A stretch of 64,000 nt of DNA from Octopus vulgaris (lineage: Eukaryota): positions 180,668,001 to 180,732,000 of the forward strand of contig OX597814.1 of assembly GCA_951406725.2 (NCBI GenBank). The letters are read 5' to 3'. The translations under genes and the position numbers were made by a program. Each line of letters opens with the position of its first letter. The first letter of the stretch is position 1. The notes below the pieces were generated by a model. It was not told the origin of the DNA. It searched no databases and saw only the letters and a program-made list of their open reading frames with translations. Positions 53,746 through 64,000 of the stretch are shown here, piece after piece.

Positions 53746-54310
53746 TTAGCTGTCATTTTGACGGCACAGGGCCAGCTAGTTTTATAATAATTCTACTTGT
53801 TATATCGGTAACGCTTTCACGTGATTAGAGAAAAAGGGAGAGAAAGAAAAGAGGGAGGGAGCAAAAGAGGATAAGGCAAATAGTGAGGCAGAAAGAGAAA
53901 AAGAAAAAGCAGGAGAAGCGTCCACGACATGTGGTAGGGGGAACGTAATATTTTCTACGTAGTTAAAAAAGTTAGTTGAAGGTAGAGACATAGAAGATAG
54001 TTAGGAATATTTTAGCAAAGAGATGATGTTGTGATGGTGAGATTAAAGAAATTGAACTAAGTTTGTTAAATCACCTGTCACTTAAAACATGCGCATCCCA
54101 AATTTGCCGTTCACTTTAGAAAGAAACTAGTTTCCTGTTCGCCTGCCATATGTATAACAAACATTATTATTTCAAATTAGATATAAAGAACTAATGAGGA
54201 AGTATATAAAAATCATTAAAGAAAATCATTAATAATCAATACAAATTACGAAATTCCAACTAGATTCAAACTTTTCTTTAACCTGCACTTTATTTTGAAT
54301 TATACTTCTT

Positions 54311-54478
54311 AGGAGTGGCTGTGTGGTAAGTAGCTTGTTTACCAACTACATGCTTCCGGGTTCAGTCCCACTGCGTGGCACCTTGGGCAAGTGTCTTCTA
54401 CTATAGCCTCGGGCCGACCAAAGCCTTGTGAGTGAATTTGGTAGACGGAAACTGAAAGAAGCCCATCGTATATATGTG

Positions 54479-54511
<33 letters not shown>

Positions 54512-54722
54512 TTGTGTGTCTGTGTTTGTCCCCCTAGCATTGCTTGACAACCGATACTGGTGTGTTTATGTCCCCGTTACTTAGCGGTTCGGTAAAAGAG
54601 GCCGATAGAATAAGTACTGGGCTTTCAAAAGAATAAGTCCCGGGGTCGAGTTGCTTGATTAAAGGCAGTGCTCCAGCATGGCCGCAGTAAAATGACTGAA
54701 ACAAGTAAAAGAGTAAAAGAGT
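54311..54722 (+). mobile_element. SINE family B, full length
   Basis: Head, CORE-like motif, internal (TA)/(TG) and gtaaaaga tail. Confidence 0.9.
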
Positions 54723-55204
54723 ATCCCTACTCCCAAAAGGGAGGAAAAGGGAACTTTTCACGTGAATAATATATAAACAATAGAAAAATGTCATACCTCT
54801 TGAATCAATTAAAAGTGTGAAGGCGTTAGTTGTCATTTATGACTATAAACAACCTTTGATTATTGGTCAAACATGGGACAGGCTACATTGTAGAATAAGT
54901 CTATTGTACAACAAAATTTTCTTTCATCGTTACGAAGTTAAACCTCACTAGTTTGAATCGGGCCTTTCCGGCGGCGAATTTCATTTTTCTCACGAGAGTT
55001 CTGGATCCCAATAATGAACTCATTTGCATACAGCCATTCAGAGCTCACCTTGACCTTGTTGTCAAGTAAAGAAAGCTTGTTTCTGGGGCAGAAACCGCAT
55101 TTTGTGTTGGCAGACGGTTGAAGGGTTGTTTGAAAAGTGTGAAAGGAAAGGTGCCGTTCAGCTCTTAGATTATTCCTAACAAGAACAACATGCATTATTA
55201 CATG

Positions 55205-55358
55205 CAGGCACAAGCGTTGGTGTATGGCAAGACGTTTGCTTCCCAGCCACATGGTTCGGGTTCAGTCTCACTGCACAAACCTTGTCTTGTACTATAGCCA
55301 TGTGCTGACCAAAGCCTTGTGAGTGGATTTGACAGACGTAAACTGAAAGAAGCCTGTC

Positions 55359-55432
<74 letters not shown>

Positions 55433-55645
55433 TGCAATGTGTGTGTGTGTGTCTGTTTGTCCCCACCACCGCTTGGCAACTGGTAATGATATTTAGGTCC
55501 CTGTAGCTTTGTGGTTCGGTAAGTGGAACCGATAGAATAGGTCCCAGGCTTGAAAAACAAGTTCCGGATTCGTTCGACTAAAATACGTCAAGGCGGTCCC
55601 CCAGCATAGCTACAGTCTAATATGCTTGAAACAAATAAAAGAAAG
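55205..55645 (+). mobile_element. SINE family B, divergent copy
   Basis: ccaaagccttgtgagtggattt, internal (TA)n, degenerate tail. Confidence 0.75.
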
Positions 55646-57019
55646 ATATTGTATGATGTGCTTACTCACTATTCCAAAGAATTAAGTAAAAGATATAGAA
55701 ATAGCAATGCGGTTCGCGTAGTCTCCTACTTTTAGTACGATGATTATTATTTTCTTTACTTCAATGTTTTTGATATCATATGTTGATGAGTTGTTTCCGT
55801 TTTGTTTGTTTTGGGGCGATTTTCTATTTGGTAATGTTTCAAAATTTAGTGTACACTGCCGTCTCTTAAGGAAGTTATATAGTTGTTCAGAGTGTATAGG
55901 AAAAGACAGGTGTTATGTCAAAACCTTATGATAGTAGTGAAGCTCAGGAATTTTGTATCCTTTATAAGACACCACTTCCCAACCAGCATTCAAATATTAA
56001 AAGCACTTTAATGCACACAATCTTAAGTGTGTAGTTAGCTATCGTTGCCAAGACAATAGCACTTCTACAATTATCGCAATCGGAAACTCATATTTACACA
56101 GAACCATAACTCTATTAGCCATGTCAGCTGCGAAGTCCTACGTCTTCCAGATGAGAAAGTACTATACCGAGTATCATTTATACAACCTGTCGGCATTCAA
56201 AGAAAATAAACGCAGCCACCACTAACAATTTCTTGGGATGTTACGCTAAGTATATGTACCCCTTTAGATCTAGAAAATGGGAATTCTGTCTTCTTTCTTG
56301 TCCTGGTTTATCTGGGAACACAGGGACCAAAACAACACAACGTTGTAATAAACTGGAATATCATTGACAGAGATGCTCCATATTCTAACAGTTTACATAA
56401 CAGAAGAATTTGGCCGTCTGAAACGTTCCGGATACTGATGCCTGCAATATCAGAAAATAAGTCCCAGCTTGACAAACATAAGTTCTGGATTCGTTCGACT
56501 AAAATCCGTCAAGGCAGTCCACAGCATGGCTACAGTCTAATATGATTGAAACAAATAAAAGAAAGATATTTTATGATGTGCTTACTCACTATTCCCAAGA
56601 GTTAAGTAAAAGATATACAGATAGCATCTTTCAACAGGTTATGTATCCAGTTATGAATTCGAATTTTCCACTACCAGCCGCGCGAGGTAGCCACCTCCTG
56701 ATGAATGAAGACCTTGACTGCCTAGTCATCCACACAATTTAGCAGGTTTGCCAACATCTTCGCCACTGTGGCCTATCTTGATCAATATAAACCGACCTTC
56801 CTCATAACCCATAAGGAGCAGCTTTTCCTGAGACTTGTGCACGAATCTCCATTCATGAAACGCACCTGAAAGCTTACATGCTTACTTTAGGTGCATGCAG
56901 ACAGTTTTAGTAATGTTTTAGTGGTATATTGAATCTTTAGTTATATGTGTGTATGCGTGTGCATGAACATTAACCGCATACACATCTAGATCGATAGACA
57001 GACAGACAGACAGACAGAC

Positions 57020-57096
<77 letters not shown>

Positions 57097-57180
57097 TTTA
57101 CTTCTAATATAGGATAAAACTTTTCAAAAAACATCAAGTGACCAGCGTATTAAAATACCTTTTTATGGTGAAAATTATAA

Positions 57181-57381
57181 ACAATTATAAATAAGGGCAA
57201 AAGAAAAAATTTCTTTGCCAATATGCTGAGAAATAGACTTTAAATCGTCAATCACCACATACACTATACATCACTATGTGTATTTATAGTGATGTATATT
57301 GTATGTGGTGATTGATGATTTAAAGTCTATTTCTCAGTATATTGGCATAGAAATTTTTCTTTTGCTCTTATTTATAATTGT
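57181..57381. repeat. Foldback (97/96 bp arms, 8-nt loop) within a (GATA)n context
   Basis: 57181-57277 is the reverse complement of 57286-57381, with about 5 mismatches and one indel. Confidence 0.85.
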
Positions 57382-57399
57382 AGATAGATAGATAGATAT

Positions 57400-57447
<48 letters not shown>

Positions 57448-58411
57448 ATAGATTGATTCATATATGAAAGCATATGGATATGTATGTGTGTATTTATACA
57501 CGCACATGTGTTTGTGTGTGTGTGTGTAATTGTCTAAGTGAAACGTTGTAGGTAAGCAGTAAAACTAACTTGTAATGGATTAAGTTAAGTTCAACGATGA
57601 AAGAGTGCAAACACGTGTTCCAGGAACTGTTACACAACCTTGTAAAGATTATTTCCTACTCTAAATTCATTAAAGCTGCTCATCTGTAGTGGAAGGATTA
57701 GTGGTCGATAATCTGAGCCTGGGGGTTTTACTGCAAATTCATTTATAGTCACATCACCTGAAGATATTTTTAGTAAGGTGGATGCCAAAAACAAACAATT
57801 TGGAAATAATCAAATTGATTGATATATTTTTTATCTTATAAGTACTATTATCCGTTGTCTCCTTGATTGACTTGGTGTTGATTAAGAGAGAAATATTACT
57901 TATTGGAGCAAGAGAGCCATGTATAAATTTTGTTGTGATGATTAAGGTTTACGTAGTCACACGTGCTTATGAAAGCAATCTCTGTACAGACTCAGTATAT
58001 TATTGTATGTAACCAATACCGTCTTATTGACATACTGCACGGTTGTGTAGAGGCCTTATGGGTCTGCGGAGCCGGATGCAAATCAATCCAAATTGTAGCT
58101 GCGTATGGAGGAGCCCAATTACATTACCCGAGGGCCTGTAATGTTAAGACGGCCCTGTGTGTCACAAGACTAGGCTTTAGATCTACAGGCACAGTTCCTC
58201 TGGCAGGTTTCTACACAGTTTTTATCTATCTGATTTTCGCTTCAATGCTGGGGACCACATGAAGCTATTGTAAAAACATATGCTTAAACAGACGCGCGGT
58301 TTGATCGAACTCAAGACCTTATGATGACAAAACAGAATTCTAAACTATTAGACCGTATTTAATGAAAAATTGTAAACAATACAACATTGCGTTTAGGAAG
58401 CTTGCTTTGCT

Positions 58412-58833
58412 TTACTCTTACTCTTTTACTCTTTTACTTGTTTCAGTCATTTGACAGTGGCCATGCTGGAGCACCACCTTTAGTCGAGCAAGTCGACCCC
58501 AAGACTTATTCTTTGTAAGCCTAGTACTTATTTTATCGCTCTCTTTTGCCGAACCGCTAAGTTACGGTGACGTAAACACACCAGCATCGGTTGTCTAGTG
58601 ATGTTGGGGGGGACAAACACAGACACATAAACATATACACACACACAGATATATATATATATATATATATATATACGACGGGCTTCTTTTAGTTTCCGTC
58701 TACCAAATCCACTCACAAGGCTTTGGTCGGCCCGAGGCTATAGTAGAAGATACTTGCCCAAGGTGCCACGCAATGGGACTGAACCCGGAACCATGTTGGT
58801 AAACAAGCTACTTACCACACAGCCACTCCTACG
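58412..58833 (-). mobile_element. SINE family B, full length
   Basis: Reverse complement of the family B sequence. Confidence 0.9.
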
Positions 58834-59257
58834 CTTTATCGAATTTGTTGACATTTGAAGTAAACTGCATGGTTGGTTTAGAATTTAGAGCTTTCTTAAA
58901 TACGTTAATCTTGTATTGACTAACATGAATAAATGAATATCTTTGAATCTATAAGAAAAAGAAAATATACTACAAAGATCCTCTTGTGACATGAAAATAC
59001 AGTTCAAAATTTGCCAAAGAAAAATTCATCAGAAGATAACATGATTTTACTGAGAGGGTAAAAAAACAATGACTTCAACAACACCAGCGATAAAGAAAAA
59101 TGGCTGTTCTTATCTTCCAACCCAATGTTTGACATCCGCACAGAATACATTTAAAATATTTTTCACATTAAAGTAAACTTTGTAAATCACACAAAAATGA
59201 TTTAGAGTTCTGCAATGCAATATCAGCAGCATAAAACCACTTTTATATAATTGGATT

Positions 59258-59680
59258 TGGAAGCACTCCGTCGGTTACTGGTTGCAGTTGAAAAGGTTCA
59301 TATGTTTGATAGAATCAACGGCCATACAATTCTTTATATTAACTTGTGGTTGAGCACTCCACGGACACGTGTACCCTTAACGTATTCTCGGGGATATTCA
59401 GCGTGACACAGTTAATGAGTGACAAGCCCTATATAAATTAATACAATATAAGATGAAGCTTTGATGAAAAATCGTTTCGGGTTTGCAATTGTCAGACAAA
59501 GTGATCATGCGGATCTAACAACCAAAGAGCTGCAATTTCGACCTTGTTGTGTCTTATCAACCTCGTGGAGCTTTTAGGTGTTTCGCTCAATAAACACTCA
59601 CAACGCCCGGTCTGGGAATCAAAACCGCGATCCTATGACCGCGAGTCCGCTGCCCTAACCACTGGGCCATTGCACCTCCA
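59258..59680 (-). mobile_element. SINE family C copy, mosaic with sequence from 61310-61559
   Basis: Head and tail match 47823-48196. TSD tttatataatt. The middle is replaced by sequence matching 61.3-61.56 kb. Confidence 0.75.
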
Positions 59681-60261
59681 CTTTATATAATTAAGGAACT
59701 TAGACATACACAACGTTCACGTAACAATAATTCAGAATACACAATATTCCAGTTTATATACAAATTAAACTAGACACCCTTTCACAAAGAGAAGGAAAGG
59801 GTTTGTAAAATCCTCAAAATAAGTATTCAATTTCTAGATATCACAAATGCCATTCCTAAACCACCCTTGAGTTACGTGTTTTTAAAATACAAACTTGCAA
59901 CAGGAAGTTGATATAATCCTTTCTACTGGGAGCGCAAAGCCTCAAAGTTTTGGGGAATGGATTAAGTCGATTACATCAACCTCAGTATGTAACTGGTACT
60001 AATTTTATTGACCTCTAAAGGATGAAAGGCAAAGTCGACCTCGGCGGCTTCTTATAGAGATAAAAGGCCAGAAATTTTGGAAGAATCGTCAGACAAAGAA
60101 ATAAAGGCCGGTACTTGACTGATATTGTATTTTATTAAACACTGCGCGCAGCATTGCAATTAAGAAGTTTGCTTCGCAAACTTTCAGGATTTTTCTTAAA
60201 TGCAGTTTATAAAATCCAGGACTATTATTAGAATAGGATTTAATTATATTGGTATATTATT

Positions 60262-60497
60262 CTTTTGCTTGTTTCAGTCATTTAACTGCGGCCATGCTGG
60301 AGCACCGCCTTAAAGGGTTTTAGTCGAACAAATTGATCCCAGCTCTTATTTCTTAAGTCTAGTAGTTATTCTATCGGTCTCTGTTGCCGAGCCGCTAAAT
60401 TACGGAGACGTAAACGCACCAACATCGGTTGTCAAACAGTGATGGAGGGGACAAAGTCACGCGCACGTACACACACACACACAAACACACACACACA

Positions 60498-60542
<45 letters not shown>

Positions 60543-60692
60543 GACTTCTTTCAGTCTTTCAGTTCCCGTCTCCCAAATCCACTCACAAGGCTTTGGTCGG
60601 CCCGATGGTAGGCCTGAGGCTATAGTAGATGACACTTTCTTAAGGTACCACGCAGTAGGACTGAACCCGGAACCATGTGGTTGGGAAGCAAG
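60262..60692 (-). mobile_element. SINE family B, divergent copy
   Basis: Reverse complement of family B with internal (CA)/(TA). Confidence 0.8.
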
Positions 60693-61594
60693 CTATGTCT
60701 AAGATCTTCCCAATGTTTATGGAGTGATTTTTTTGTAGATGACCAGACTGTATTTTAGACAGCGAAAAGTAAATTTATTAAATTGAAATATAAATAAGAA
60801 AAAACAGTAACGGACGGTTTGTTATCAATGAGTTAAATATGACAGATTGCACTAGCTACAGCGTCTTTGTTAGAATTAGACCTTATTTGGAAGAGTGAAA
60901 AGTTTTCGTAAGAATGATTGTGGTTTCAACTGTACTTTATGGGTGCGAATAATAAACTTTGGATACTGAAAGCGAGAAAATCATTAGCGACATCAAGTAA
61001 TGAACAGGATGCAGAACATGAGATTGGCTGCTGACCAAGAAGGGCAGAGGGAAAGTTTGCGTTTCTTGTACAACACCTTCGGGATCCATAGGTTTGGAAT
61101 TAGAATTTATTGACCATTTATACATAATTTATAGAGTGATTTAATTATGGCTAGATTTTATCACTGACAATTCACAGGGGACACATACTACTGGTAGAAA
61201 AAATGTTGTGTCAAAATGTTGTGGAAAGGAGCCGTTCACATGTTTATAAAATTCAGAAGTTACATGGTCTGGTTTTGGTCGCAACGTTTTCTTAGGGGTT
61301 GTATATGATACTGGTTGCAGTTGAAAAGGTTCATATGTTTATAGATAAAGGCCATACAATTCTTTATATACTTGTTTCTTCTCACCCTTGCATTGCATCA
61401 ATATCATAAATGTTAATGAGTCAGTATATAAATTAATACAATATAAGATAGCTTTGATGAAAAATCGTTTCGGGTTTGCAATTGTCAGACAAAGTGATCA
61501 TGCGAATCTAACAACCAAAGAGCTGCAATTTCGACCTTGTTGTGTCTTATCAACCTCGTAGTGGTTAGAACTAGTAGAGCTTATTTATATAGAA

Positions 61595-61984
61595 CTAGCA
61601 GTATCGCCCGGCGTTGCTAGGGTTTGTTTCGACCCTTTAGAATTGGAATTTTTGAAAAGTAAAACTTTTGCATTATGTAGCTTGTTATTCTCTTTAAGTG
61701 AACATTTTTCTGGTTGAAATACAACGAGAAATGGTGACACAGCAGTCAAAAAATCGTAAAAAATAGGGATTTTCATAGAAAAAAAGCACTTTTTTGATGT
61801 AAATAATTTTTGGTGTTAACATGGTCCGATTTGAATTTTATCTTCTACGAAATGAAGAGCAAGCCTTCTTCTATCATACTCTCAATTTTGGTCAACTTGT
61901 GCCGCAGGGTCTCGGAGGAGATAGTGTTAGTTGAAAGCTACCAAACCTGCCACACACAGACAACTTCAGCTTTATCTATAGAGA
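61595..61984 (-). mobile_element. Non-autonomous Helitron with the same termini but a different interior
   Basis: ctagcagtatcgcccggcgttgct end and acagacaacttcagctttatctatagaga|t end. Confidence 0.8.
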
Positions 61985-62675
61985 TTTATTCATGCACCCA
62001 GTAGTGTGTTATGTAATTTTCAACAAAACTTCCTTATCAAATATTTGATTATTTATTCTGATACATAGAGAATGTTGATAAATTTATAAATAAGGTGAAT
62101 AAGTATATACTTGGTTATAATCACATTAAATTAAATTAAAATTGTTATTCATTAGTTGTTTGACTCACGTGTTCACTCTTCGGATTATAATCCCAAAATG
62201 GATTTTGAGCTATGCTATAAATTATTCCTTCAATAGAATCATAGATACTTAAGAGATAGAACATAAGAAGTGACTACAGCAGATGATCTCGGGGCCTCAT
62301 TGATTTTGCTTTCATTCCTTCAATTTCGACGAATTAAGTGCCAATAATGCACTGACATTTATTCATTCTGCTGTACCTTTCGTGCATTTTCATAATACGT
62401 ATTATACGTACGTCTACAATTAATTCTAAGGAACACACAACTGTATCATTGAGTTTACAGAAGTGAATATGTTTCTATGCTTGCGTGTATTGTATTCATT
62501 CTGCAGCCTATTTGGATTGGACTATAAGAATTATTTCCTACCTAATGAACGTTATTGAAATTAATGAAAAATTAACGATTTTTATGAAATATTGCAAATA
62601 TTATGAAAATATAAAGTTAAAGCAACACATCCATTAGAATGTTTATTAAGTTTCTACGTGAAATAACATTATTCA

Positions 62676-62749
<74 letters not shown>

Positions 62750-64000
62750 CGTGCGTGCGTGTGTGTGTGCGTGCGTGCGTGTGTGTGTTTAAATGCATTA
62801 AATATAATTTAGTGAAAATAAACTTTGAAGATTTAGCAGTTAGTTCACGTAGTACACTAGAAATACTTTACGCTAGGTAATACAGGAAAGTTGTTACGAT
62901 CCACTGTATAACATACTTAAAACTATTTAGTCTAAAGCCAAATCGATACAGAAACATTGGCATGTGATACACATTTAAGTGTATTTATCACTTGAGGATT
63001 TTCTAAAGAAGGTCAAAATATTACTTGTATGACGATAATTCAGCACAACAGTGTTAAGCATGGCAGTTTACAGTCGATATGGTGGAAATCCATATGTTCA
63101 GTGAGAACGAAGGAGGAGTGACAAAACCGCTTTTGACTTATAGATAGTTTATACAGCTGTGTGTGTGTGTATGTGTGTGTGTGTGTGTGTGTGTGCGTGT
63201 GTGTGTGGGTTTTACATAGAGAGAGGGAAAGAAGGAGAGAGAGGGGGGGAAAAAAGAGAGGTTGAATTAATATTAATGCGTTTCGGGTTGCTATTGCATG
63301 GCTGTAATATTTACCTCGTATATGAATAGTATTTCAAATGTCAAATACTTCTTTCTCTGTGGATGGGTAAGACGGATTAAGTTCAACAAATTATTGCTTA
63401 ACTATAAATACAAACAGCAGAGGTTATATATATGAGAACAGATTAATTTAGATAATGACAGAAACTTTGATCAGATTAGTTAAAACTATCGACAAATTGC
63501 TGTTTGAGAAATTATTGTGTGCGTTAGACAGTAGACAAATTGTGTAAAATCAATAACTGTTCAGAAGATTGCGAATTATAACTTTCCATCAGTTGGTATA
63601 TTTACCAACGAAGTTGATATGACTTATCGTCTGAAAGAAACAACGAAACTTTTGAACCGTATGAAGATGTGATTATCGTCTGTGTCTCATGAACAGGATA
63701 GATTCACGATAACATTGGAAATTATCGAATGTCTAAAGAAGTGCAACGTTGATAAATAAGTATGTCTTAATCGAACCGATTTTACAGTATAGTTTCGGTT
63801 CCAAGTTAAATCCATTTTCATTCACTAAATTGTTTTAGCGAACGTCACATTTTCCCATTTAAACTTCTGGGCTGAAACATCGAACCTGTGAACGAATAAA
63901 AAATATATGAATTTATTCATCAAGAAATCCAGTGCTCTTATAATTTTAATAAATTTCAATGTTTTTTTTTTCTGAAAATGGTAGATTTTTGTCGCTATCA

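Noticed and set aside
55015-55060. Octamer ATTTGCAT plus a nuclear-receptor-like half-site pair
   Set aside because: Short motifs are expected by chance in 64 kb, and I have no conservation data.

Overview
AT-rich, microsatellite-dense eukaryotic non-coding DNA. The repeat complement resembles an octopus genome (inference from tRNA-derived SINE families and very abundant (TA)n/(CA)n/(GATA)n/(TATG)n). I can support no host protein-coding exon; nearly all listed ORFs are translated microsatellites or transposon relics. The window holds three SINE families, decayed Tc1/mariner, pogo/Tigger and hAT elements, relics of RTE-, R4/Dong- and Tx1/L1-like LINEs, non-autonomous Helitrons (including a head-to-tail trimer), and two unclassified elements with long inverted repeats. 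The most notable signal is a set of short inserts from mostly unrelated families. They lie inside (TA)n tracts, often have inverted arms, and carry minimal type-I hammerhead ribozyme motifs of the kind found in Penelope-like element pseudo-LTRs. One family has a recurrent non-canonical core (CUGUNGAA). All coordinates were read by eye and may be off by a few bases.
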